From positions 383 through 64,382 of the forward strand of contig NZ_JAIEPC010000017.1 in assembly GCF_019749955.1 (NCBI RefSeq): a stretch of DNA of 64,000 bases, read 5' to 3'. Shown in pieces: positions 17,736 through 25,907 of this stretch. The stretch is from Sphingomonas sp. Its GTDB lineage: Bacteria > Pseudomonadota > Alphaproteobacteria > Sphingomonadales > Sphingomonadaceae. The notes beneath the pieces are model-generated. The model was given only the letters and a program-made list of their open reading frames with translations. It did no database searches and was not told where the DNA came from. Within the stretch, counting starts at the first letter, position 1. Every line of letters starts with the position of its first letter. The position numbers and the translations under genes are program-made.

Positions 17736-18539
17736 TTACACCGCCGTCTTGCCATATTCCTGCCGCGTCACCGGGTGGCTGCTCGACAGCCCCCCGTCGA
17801 CCGCCAGCGCCTGCCCGTTGACGTAGCTTGCGTCGTCGGAGGCGAGGAACAGCGCGACTTTCGCCAGCTCCTCGGGCTGGGCAGCGCGGCGGAGGGGATT
17901 GAGGCGGCCGACCTTTTCCATCTTCCCCGCCTCGCGTGCGTAATCGAAGGTGGGCTTGGTCATGCCAGTTTCGGTCAGCCCCGGGCAGATCGCGTTGACG
18001 CGGATGTTCGATCCCGAGAGTTGCTGGGCCGATGTCATCGCGAGGTTGATCACGCCTGCCTTTGACGCCGAATAAGCGGGCGATCCCGCGCCTGAGCGGA
18101 TGCCCGCAACGCTCGCGGTCAGCACGATTGCCCCGCCGCCGTGCTTGGCGATCTCGGGAGCGGCGTGCTTCACCGCCAGATACGGCCCGATCAGGTTGAC
18201 GCGCAGCACTTCGGTGATGAGCGAAACATCGGTGTCGAAGATGTTGGCCATCCCGCCTGAAATCCCGGCATTGGCGAACATGATGTCGAGCCCGCCGAAT
18301 GTCTCGACCGCGAGCGCGACGGTGCGGACGACATCCTCTTCCTTGCCCGCGTCGATCTTGATCGCGGTCGCGGTGCCGCCTGCGTCGCGGATCGCTTGCG
18401 CGGTGTCCTCGGCAGCCTCGCTCCAGTCGGCACAGATGACCTTGCCGCCTTCCGCCGCGAACAGCGTGGCGGCCGCGCGGCCAATGCCCGAAGCGGCACC
18501 CGTGACGATGATCGATTTGTCGGTGAAACGCGCGGTCAT
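17736..18539 (-). CDS. SDR family oxidoreductase
   Basis: [10 protein letters not shown] cofactor motif, YSASKAG catalytic motif, NAICPG. Confidence 0.9.
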   Translation of the reverse strand: MTARFTDKSIIVTGAASGIGRAAATLFAAEGGKVICADWSEAAEDTAQAIRDAGGTATAIKIDAGKEEDVVRTVALAVETFGGLDIMFANAGISGGMANIFDTDVSLITEVLRVNLIGPYLAVKHAAPEIAKHGGGAIVLTASVAGIRSGAGSPAYSASKAGVINLAMTSAQQLSGSNIRVNAICPGLTETGMTKPTFDYAREAGKMEKVGRLNPLRRAAQPEELAKVALFLASDDASYVNGQALAVDGGLSSSHPVTRQEYGKTAV

Positions 18540-18557
18540 TCTATTTCCTTCCGAAAC

Positions 18558-18628
18558 CCGTTTGTGTCGAGCGAAGTCGAGACACCTGTCCCTGCAGCCC
18601 GTCCCTCGACTTCGCTCGGGACGAACGG
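18558..18628. repeat. palindromic intergenic repeat, family A, copy 2 (inverted relative to copy 1)
   Basis: The sequence CCGTTTGTGTCGAGCGAAGTCGAGACAC...CGTCCCTCGACTTCGCTCGGGACGAACGG matches the reverse complement of 8343-8419. Confidence 0.85.
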
Positions 18629-18639
18629 GGTGTAGCTCG

Positions 18640-19404
18640 TTAAATCGTCACCCCGCCGTCGATTACGATCGTCTGCCCGGTCATGAACGCGCTGGCCTGG
18701 CTGGCGAGAAACACCACCGCGCCCGCGATTTCCTCGGGCTCGCCGATCCGGCGCAGCGGCGTGGTCGCATTGCGCGCCGCCACTGCCGCCTCATTCTCCC
18801 ACAGCGCGCGCGCGAAATCGGTGCGGATCAGCCCCGGCGCGATGCAGTTCACCCGCACGCCGAACGGCCCATACTCATGCGCCAGATTGCGCGCGAGCTG
18901 CATGTCGGCGGCCTTCGATATCGCATAGGCACCGATCACCGCCGTCCCGCGAATGCCGCCGATCGACGAAATGATGATGATGCTCCCGCTCTTGCGCTCG
19001 CGCATTTCGGGCACGACCATGCTGATCAGCCAGTGGTTGGAGACGATATTGTTGTCGAGGATCTTGCGGAACTGCTCATCGGCAATGCCCTCTTGCGGGC
19101 CATAATAGGGGTTGGACGCGGCATTGCAGACGAGGATGTCGACCTTGCCGAACTGCGCCTTCGTTTCATCGACGAGATGCTGGAGCCCCGCCTTGTCCGA
19201 GATATTCGCCGCAACCGCGATCGCGGTGCGCTCGCCGTACTTCCCGTTGATCTCGGCGGCGACGACATCGCACGCATCCTGCTTGCGGCTGGAGATGACC
19301 ACCTTGGCGCCGTGCTCGGCGAGTTCGTACGCCGAAGCCTTGCCGATCCCGCGCGACGAGCCGGTGATGATGGCGACTTGGCCGTGCAGGTCGAATTGGC
19401 TCAT
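18640..19404 (-). CDS. SDR family oxidoreductase
   Basis: [23 protein letters not shown]. 254 aa. Confidence 0.9.
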   Translation of the reverse strand: MSQFDLHGQVAIITGSSRGIGKASAYELAEHGAKVVISSRKQDACDVVAAEINGKYGERTAIAVAANISDKAGLQHLVDETKAQFGKVDILVCNAASNPYYGPQEGIADEQFRKILDNNIVSNHWLISMVVPEMRERKSGSIIIISSIGGIRGTAVIGAYAISKAADMQLARNLAHEYGPFGVRVNCIAPGLIRTDFARALWENEAAVAARNATTPLRRIGEPEEIAGAVVFLASQASAFMTGQTIVIDGGVTI

Positions 19405-19420
19405 GTTATTAGTCCCCCCT

Positions 19421-19497
19421 CCGTTCGTTTCGAGCGCAGTCGAGAAACGCTGCGTATCGCTTGGGGCCTGTTTCTCGACTGCGCTCGAAACAAGCGG
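19421..19497. repeat. palindromic intergenic repeat, family A, copy 3
   Basis: A near-perfect long inverted repeat: CCGTTCGTTTCGAGCGCAGTCGAGAAAC...GTTTCTCGACTGCGCTCGAAACAAGCGG. Confidence 0.85.
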
Positions 19498-19509
19498 GTC
19501 ACCTGAGTT

Positions 19510-20586
19510 TTAGGCCCCCGCCTTCTTCGCAAAACCCCACGCCGCCGCTGCCAGCGGACCGATCCGCTCTACAGTCTTCGCCGCCTGCGCGCTGCTCGCT
19601 GTGCCATCGACGATGCGCTTCTTGATGCCCTGAACAATCCCCGTCAGCCGGAACAGATTATAGGCGAAATACCAGTCGAGCTGCGGCACGCCGTCGCGCC
19701 CCGTCGCGGCGCAATAGCGCGCGACCATATCCTCGATCGTCGGGATGCCGCTTTCGCCCCCGGCCAGCCCCATCACCCCGGAACGCCCCTCGGGCTGGGT
19801 CACCCAGTTCATCAGGAAATAGCTGAAATCCGCCAGCGGATCGCCAAGCGTCGACAGCTCCCAGTCGAGCACCGCGATTACCCGCGCCTCGTCGGCCGCG
19901 AAGATCATATTGTCGATCCGGTAATCGCCGTGAACGATCGACACCCGGTCCTGCTGCGGCAAGGTAGCCGGGAGCCAGTCGATCAGCGCCTCGACATCGG
20001 GCATATGCTCGGTTTCGGACGCGCGGTACTGCTTGGTCCAGCGCGCGACCTGCCGCTCGAAATAATTGCCGGGCTTGCCGTACTCGCCAAGCCCCGCGGC
20101 GACGTGATCGGTGTTGTGGAGCTGCGCCATCGTATCGCACATCGCATTGTAGATCGCGGTGCGTTCGGGCGGCGTCATGCTCGGGAGCGATCCGTCCCAC
20201 AGGTTGCGACCGCTCACCAGTTCCATCAGGTAGAATTTGGCGCCGATCACCTCTGGGTCTTCGCATAGCCCATAGGGGCGCGGCACCGGAAAGCCGGTCG
20301 GGTGCAGCCCCGCAATCAGCCGGTATTCGCGGTCAACCGCATGCGCGCTCGGCAGCAATTTGCCGAACGGCTGACGGCGCAGCACATAAGTGCCGCCGGG
20401 GCTTTCGACCTTATAGGTCGGGTTGGATTGCCCGCCCTTGAACTTCGACAGCGTGATCGGACCCTGCGCGCCGGGCACATGGGCTTCCATCCACGCGGCG
20501 ACCCGCGCAGCGTCGATCGCGTCATCGGCGGGCACGGGCAGCGTGCCGACCATGGTGACGTCGGCGGTTTCCGCCGCCCCGCTCAT
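19510..20586 (-). CDS. phosphotransferase (APH-like kinase, ACAD10/11 N-terminal-domain type)
   Basis: The kinase catalytic loop is HGDYRIDNMIF, followed by VLDWELSTLGDP. The ATG overlaps the upstream ADH stop (ATGA at 20583-20586). Confidence 0.8.
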   Translation of the reverse strand: MSGAAETADVTMVGTLPVPADDAIDAARVAAWMEAHVPGAQGPITLSKFKGGQSNPTYKVESPGGTYVLRRQPFGKLLPSAHAVDREYRLIAGLHPTGFPVPRPYGLCEDPEVIGAKFYLMELVSGRNLWDGSLPSMTPPERTAIYNAMCDTMAQLHNTDHVAAGLGEYGKPGNYFERQVARWTKQYRASETEHMPDVEALIDWLPATLPQQDRVSIVHGDYRIDNMIFAADEARVIAVLDWELSTLGDPLADFSYFLMNWVTQPEGRSGVMGLAGGESGIPTIEDMVARYCAATGRDGVPQLDWYFAYNLFRLTGIVQGIKKRIVDGTASSAQAAKTVERIGPLAAAAWGFAKKAGA

Positions 20587-21668
20587 GCGAATTCGATCAC
20601 GGAGCGCACCGTGTCCCCCGTCCGAAGCGCCTGCAGCGCGCCATTAACACCGTCGAGCGTGATCCGCTCGGCGACCATCGTGTCGAGATCGAGCTTGCCG
20701 TCGAGATACATCTGCACCAACCGCGGCATGTCGATCGGGAAGCGCGTCGATCCTAGCAGCGATCCTTGCAGCTTCTTGCCGCTGAGAAAACTCGGCCCCG
20801 GCAGGCTGACCATCTTGCCCGGCGCGATCATGCCGAGGATCGTCGCGGTGCCGCCGCGCTTCAGGATCGTCCAGGCAAGCTCGGCTGTCTCGGGCCGCCC
20901 GACCGCCTCGATCGCATAATCGACACCGCCGCCGGTGAGCCCCGCGATCTTCTTCGCCAGATCGGCCTCGTCGGGCGCAAAGCCATGCGTTGCGCCCAGC
21001 CGCATGGCCAGCGCCAGCTTGTCGGGCACCGGATCGATCGCGATGATCGCCCCTGCCCCGGCAATCTTGGCGGCATTGATCGCGGCAAGGCCGATGCCGC
21101 CACAGCCGATGACGGCCACCGTCTCCCCGGCGCGCAAGCGACTGTCGTTGAAGATCGACCCCGCGCCAGTGATCACCGCGCAGCCGAGCAGCGCCGCGCG
21201 GTCGAGCGGCATGTCCTTGCTGATGGCGACGCAGGCATTCTCATGCACCAGCATCATTTCGGCAAACGCCGACAGGTTGAGGAACGGCGCGAGCGGGGTG
21301 CCGTCCTGCAAGCTGATGCGCGGGTCCGCCCCCTTGCCGCGCTTGGTCGACGGATCGACGCACAGCGACGGACGCCCGGTCACACACATCTCGCAACTGC
21401 CGCAGAACACGGTGAAAAAGGTGATGACATGATCGCCGGGCCGCAACCGCGCGACATCGCTCCCGACCGCTTCGACAACGCCCGCCGCTTCGTGGCCGGG
21501 CACGGTCGGCATCGGGTGCGGGAAGCTGCCGTCGACGAAATGCAGGTCTGATCGGCACACCCCGCAGGCGACCGTGCGGATCAGCACTTCGCGCGGGCCG
21601 GGCTTGTCGATGCGGATATCCTCGATCACGAGGTCCGACTTGGGTTCGTAAAGGACGGCTGCTTTCAC
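20583..21668 (-). CDS. zinc-dependent alcohol dehydrogenase
   Basis: GHEAAGVVEAVG zinc motif, structural-zinc cysteines CGSCEMC, and GCGGIGLAAI Rossmann motif. Confidence 0.9.
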   Translation of the reverse strand: MKAAVLYEPKSDLVIEDIRIDKPGPREVLIRTVACGVCRSDLHFVDGSFPHPMPTVPGHEAAGVVEAVGSDVARLRPGDHVITFFTVFCGSCEMCVTGRPSLCVDPSTKRGKGADPRISLQDGTPLAPFLNLSAFAEMMLVHENACVAISKDMPLDRAALLGCAVITGAGSIFNDSRLRAGETVAVIGCGGIGLAAINAAKIAGAGAIIAIDPVPDKLALAMRLGATHGFAPDEADLAKKIAGLTGGGVDYAIEAVGRPETAELAWTILKRGGTATILGMIAPGKMVSLPGPSFLSGKKLQGSLLGSTRFPIDMPRLVQMYLDGKLDLDTMVAERITLDGVNGALQALRTGDTVRSVIEFA

Positions 21669-21720
21669 TTACGATATTCCCTCACTTGAGGCTCCCAATC
21701 ACCGTCTCCCAAAACCCATC

Positions 21721-21810
21721 CGTCACCCCGGCCTTGTGCCGGGGCCCACCGCGCCTCACGGGCCGAAGTGCGGGTGGAGGAGTGGGCCCCGGAACAAGTC
21801 CGGGGTGACG
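21721..21810. repeat. MITE-like element, family B, copy 2 (90 bp)
   Basis: The terminal inverted repeats are CGTCACCCCGGCCTTG and CAAGTCCGGGGTGACG (15/16 complementary). The interior matches the reverse complement of 12989-13115. Confidence 0.8.
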
Positions 21811-21832
21811 GTTGCGCTTTGATAAAGGCCGA

Positions 21833-23110
21833 TCAGCGCCGCACCATTTCCTTCGCCGCAACCGCCTCAGGCAAGTCCGCATATTTCCCAAACTCGTTGC
21901 GCGCGATTGCCCGGTTGTGAACCTCATCCGGACCATCAGCGAAACGCAAGGTCCGCATCGCTGCCCAGGCATGGGCGAGGTGGAAATCGTCCGACACGCC
22001 GCCGCCGCCATGCGCCTGGATCGCATCGTCGAGGATCGACAGCGCCATGGTCGGCGCGGCCACCTTGATCATCGCGATTTCCTGTTGCGCGCTCTTGTTG
22101 CCGGCCTTGTCCATCATGTCGGCCGCCTTGAGGCAGAGCAGCCGCGTCATTTCGATGTCGATGCGCGCCTTGGCAATGCGCTGTTCCCAGATCGAGTGAT
22201 CGGCGATGCGCTTGCCGAACGCGACGCGCGTCAGCAGCCGCTTGGCCATTGCCTCGATCGCGACTTCCGCCACGCCGATCGTGCGCATGCAATGGTGGAT
22301 GCGGCCCGGCCCGAGCCGACCCTGTGCGATTTCGAACCCGCGCCCCTCGCCGAGCAACACATTCTCGACCGGCACCCGCACGTCCTTCAGCTCAATCTCG
22401 GCATGGCCGTGGGGCGCATGATCATAGCCATAGACGCTCAACATGCGCTTGATGTTCACGCCGGGTGCGTCGAGCGGGACGAGGATCTGGCTCTGCTGGC
22501 TGTGGCGCGATCCTTCGGGGTTGGTCTTGCCCATCACGATCGCGATCTTGCAGCGCGGATCACCAGCGCCCGACGACCACCATTTCACGCCGTTGATCAC
22601 ATAATGATCGCCATCGCGCACCATCGCCGTTTCGATATTCGTCGCATCCGACGAGGCGACCGCAGGCTCGGTCATCAGGAAGGCCGAGCGGATTTCGCCG
22701 TGCATCAGCGGCTTCAGCCACTGCTCCTTCTGCTCGCGCGTGCCGTAACGATGGAGGACTTCCATATTGCCGGTATCGGGCGCCGAGCAGTTGAAGCACT
22801 CCGACGCCCAGCCGATCTTGCCCATTTCCTCGGCGCACAGCGCATATTCAAGGTTGGTGAGCTGCGTGCCTTCAAACTCGAAGCTGTCGTCGACATGGGT
22901 CTGGCCCGAATGCGGCGGCATGAAGAAATTCCACAGCCCCGCCGCCTTGGTCTTGACCTTCATCTCCTCAATCACCGGAATCACTTTCCAGCGTTCGCCG
23001 GTGCTTTCCTGCTGGTGATAGATGTGGTTGCGCGGGCGGATTTCGCGGTCGATGAAATCCTTCACCCGGTCGCGGAAATAGGTTTCGCGGTCGCTCAGCG
23101 TGAAGTCCAT
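21833..23110 (-). CDS. acyl-CoA dehydrogenase, ACAD10/11 (FadE2)-type
   Basis: I chose the ATG at 23110 ([20 protein letters not shown]). The N-terminus is typical of this type (GLWNFFMP). The ACAD core has SSDATNIE and a C-terminal DGPDEVH. The track ORF extends to 23224. Confidence 0.85.
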   Translation of the reverse strand: MDFTLSDRETYFRDRVKDFIDREIRPRNHIYHQQESTGERWKVIPVIEEMKVKTKAAGLWNFFMPPHSGQTHVDDSFEFEGTQLTNLEYALCAEEMGKIGWASECFNCSAPDTGNMEVLHRYGTREQKEQWLKPLMHGEIRSAFLMTEPAVASSDATNIETAMVRDGDHYVINGVKWWSSGAGDPRCKIAIVMGKTNPEGSRHSQQSQILVPLDAPGVNIKRMLSVYGYDHAPHGHAEIELKDVRVPVENVLLGEGRGFEIAQGRLGPGRIHHCMRTIGVAEVAIEAMAKRLLTRVAFGKRIADHSIWEQRIAKARIDIEMTRLLCLKAADMMDKAGNKSAQQEIAMIKVAAPTMALSILDDAIQAHGGGGVSDDFHLAHAWAAMRTLRFADGPDEVHNRAIARNEFGKYADLPEAVAAKEMVRR

Positions 23111-23215
23111 GACGCATCCTCTCAAATGGCGTGTTTGAACGTGGCTTAGACCGTACCGCACATTCGGTAAAGCGTCTGCGGTGTCCCCGCGCGCCACATT
23201 TCGCATACGAATGCC

Positions 23216-24523
23216 GTGTCCCAAAGCATTCGCGAAAGGGACTGTTTCTTCGAAAAGATGCTGTTAAGCTTTGCGGCTATGGAGGCTTTGGGGGCCATCG
23301 ACTCGACCGCCGACGGAAGCACCAAGCGCTTCCGGGCGAAGCGTGACGCCATCTTGGCGGCAGCCGCACAGGCGATCAACGAGCAAAGCGCCAAGGGCAT
23401 GACCTTCGCCGATGTCGCGCGCCGGGTCGGGCTCAACACCACCAGCGTCACCTATTATTTCAAGCGCAAGGAAGACCTCGCCGCCGCCTGTTTCGACTAT
23501 ACGCTCGAACAGCTCCAGGCGATGCTCGACGAGGCGCTGATCGAACCGACCCCTCAGGCGCGTGTCGCGCGCTACCTCGCGCTCAATATGGATCGCCTCG
23601 CGCGCATCCAGCGCGGCGAGGCGACCTCGTTTGCGGTGCTGTCAGACCTGCGCGCGATGGAAGAGCCCGTGCTCGGGCGGCTGATGAACGGCTGGCGCGA
23701 TGTCTTCCGCAAGACGCGCAGCCTGTGGGGCATCGGCCAGACCCGCGCGCACACCGATCTGTACGGCGCGCGCGCGCACGTCCTGCTCGAAAACACTTTC
23801 TGGCTCCCCATCTGGCTCGGGCGGTACGATCCCGATCAATATGCCCGCGTCGAAGACCGGCTGATGGCGGTGTTCGCGCACGGCATTGCCGCCGATGGCG
23901 CGGCGTGGACCCCCGCGCTGCTCGATCTCGCCCCGGCCGAGGCCGAGCCCGGGCGCGAAGCCTTTCTGCTCGCCGCGACCCGGCTGATCAACGAACTCGG
24001 CTATCGCGGTGCATCGGTGCAGAAGATCGCGTCGCAACTCAACGTCACCAAGGGCAGCTTCTACCACCATCTCGACGCCAAGGACGATCTGGTGATCGCC
24101 TGCTACAAGCGCAGCCTCGCGACGATCACCAAGGCGCAGCGGCTCGCCGATGCCGAAAGCGGCGATCACTGGCACCGCTTGTCGAGCGCGATTGCGACCT
24201 TGCTCGATTTCCAATTCTCCGATCGCGGCCCGCTGATGCGCACCACCGCGCTGTCGGGCGTTGCGCCGGGCGTGCGCAGTGCGCTGGTCGCGCGGTCGAA
24301 CCGCATCGCGCGGCGCTATGCCGGGATGATGAGCGACGGCATCGCCGAAGGATCAATCCGCGCAATCGACCCGCTGGTCGCCGCCCAAGCGCTGATGGCG
24401 CTGCAAAATGCCGCGTTCGACATGCGCAAATGGGCCAGCACCATGCCGCGCGACCGCGCGATTGCATTCTACGCGTCGACGCTCGCGTTTGGCTTGTTCG
24501 ACGACCGGGTGCTCAGCCTATAG
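23216..24523 (+). CDS. TetR family regulator with two complete TetR units in one chain
   Basis: HTH 1 is [28 protein letters not shown] and HTH 2 is [28 protein letters not shown], about 185 residues later. The start is ambiguous: GTG at 23216, or ATG at 23258 or 23279. Confidence 0.85.
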   Translation: MSQSIRERDCFFEKMLLSFAAMEALGAIDSTADGSTKRFRAKRDAILAAAAQAINEQSAKGMTFADVARRVGLNTTSVTYYFKRKEDLAAACFDYTLEQLQAMLDEALIEPTPQARVARYLALNMDRLARIQRGEATSFAVLSDLRAMEEPVLGRLMNGWRDVFRKTRSLWGIGQTRAHTDLYGARAHVLLENTFWLPIWLGRYDPDQYARVEDRLMAVFAHGIAADGAAWTPALLDLAPAEAEPGREAFLLAATRLINELGYRGASVQKIASQLNVTKGSFYHHLDAKDDLVIACYKRSLATITKAQRLADAESGDHWHRLSSAIATLLDFQFSDRGPLMRTTALSGVAPGVRSALVARSNRIARRYAGMMSDGIAEGSIRAIDPLVAAQALMALQNAAFDMRKWASTMPRDRAIAFYASTLAFGLFDDRVLSL

Positions 24524-25817
24524 CCGCCTGCCGCTTGAGCAAGACGCCCGCGCGCCAATAATGATAGATCGCCCAGGGCGTGAGCAAACTCGCGCTCAGC
24601 ATCGCATATCGCAGTGATTCGGCGCCGAACGCCGGCTTGTACAGATCGCTCAGGATGCCGGTGATGCTCGGCCCCAGCCCGAGACCGATCAGGTTGATGA
24701 CGAGCAGCGTGATCGCCGCCCAAACCGCGCGCATCCGAGTCGGCGCGAGGCCCTGGATCAGCGCAAAACTCGGCCCCAGATAGCTCGACGCGAGCAAGTA
24801 CGAGAGCATCACCGCCGCAAAGGCCGTGGTGACGTCATAGGACAGGTAGAACAGCGCCGTGAACGGCAGAGCGGCAAGCTTGAGCACGGCGACAAACCAT
24901 GCCTGCACGTGCAGCCCGTAACGGCGGCCGAGCCGGTCGGCGATCCGCCCGCCCATGATTCCACCGAATGCCCCGATCAGCGCGACCGCCGGCGCATAGT
25001 AGAGCGACACTTGCGTCAGCGTCATGCCAAACGAACGCTGGAGATAGGATGGCCCGAAATTGGTGGTGGCATAGCCGACCAGCGAGGTGATCGTCACCGC
25101 GATGATCAGGTGGATCGCCGGAGCACTGGCCCCAAGGCTCTTCAACCCTTCGCTCAGTGACGGGAGCGGCGCGGGGTTTTGCGGCACCCCGCCGGGGTCC
25201 GACAGCCCGCGCCGCGGTTCGACCATCACCACCCGCACGAACACCGCAAGCAGGATGCCGGGCAATCCCACCGCCGCCATCGCCCAGCGCCAGCCGTAAC
25301 TTTGGGCGATCAGGCCGCCGATAATGGCGCCGAAGCCGCCGCCGAGCACGACGCCGGTCGAATAAATGCCCATTGCCCCCGCGCGCTTTTCGGGCGGATA
25401 GAGATCGGCGATGATCGAATGCGACGGCGGGCTCGATCCCGCCTCCCCCACGCCGACACCGATCCGATAGATCAGCAATTGGGTGAAATTGGCAGCCGTG
25501 CCGCACAGCGCTGTCATTGCGCTCCACAGCGTGAGCGCCACCGCAATGATGTCGCGGCGGCTCGTCCGGTCGGCCAGCCACGCGACGGGAATGCCCAGCG
25601 TCGCGTAGAAAATCGCAAAGGCAAAGCCCGACAGCAGCCCGAGCTGGGTATCATTGAGCTGGAGATCGGCCTTGATCGCCTCAAGCAGGATCGAGAGGAT
25701 GTAGCGATCCATGAAGCTGAAAAAATAGACGAGCGTCAACAGAGCGAGCGTCCAGCCGCGCAGCCGAAGCGCGCGGGCATCGGCAGTGACATGCTGTTCC
25801 AGGGAAAGGGTCGCCAT
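24513..25817 (-). CDS. MFS transporter
   Basis: About 12 hydrophobic segments, with MFS motif A-like GIPVAWLADRTSRR. The 3' end overlaps the TetR 3' end by 11 nt (convergent). Confidence 0.88.
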   Translation of the reverse strand: MATLSLEQHVTADARALRLRGWTLALLTLVYFFSFMDRYILSILLEAIKADLQLNDTQLGLLSGFAFAIFYATLGIPVAWLADRTSRRDIIAVALTLWSAMTALCGTAANFTQLLIYRIGVGVGEAGSSPPSHSIIADLYPPEKRAGAMGIYSTGVVLGGGFGAIIGGLIAQSYGWRWAMAAVGLPGILLAVFVRVVMVEPRRGLSDPGGVPQNPAPLPSLSEGLKSLGASAPAIHLIIAVTITSLVGYATTNFGPSYLQRSFGMTLTQVSLYYAPAVALIGAFGGIMGGRIADRLGRRYGLHVQAWFVAVLKLAALPFTALFYLSYDVTTAFAAVMLSYLLASSYLGPSFALIQGLAPTRMRAVWAAITLLVINLIGLGLGPSITGILSDLYKPAFGAESLRYAMLSASLLTPWAIYHYWRAGVLLKRQAAIG

Positions 25818-25846
25818 GCGCTGTGCAACTCCGAAAAACGCGCGTC

Positions 25847-25881
25847 AAAAAAACCGCCGCCCGGAGCGAGCCGGGCGGCGG
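25847..25881 (-). terminator. Rho-independent terminator after the TonB-dependent receptor gene
   Basis: On the minus strand, an 11-bp GC stem (CCGCCGCCCGG / CCGGGCGGCGG) with a 6-nt loop is followed directly by TTTTTTT. It lies 27 nt downstream of the stop at 25908. Confidence 0.85.
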
Positions 25882-25907
25882 GTGGATCACGATCTATCAA
25901 TCACCGG

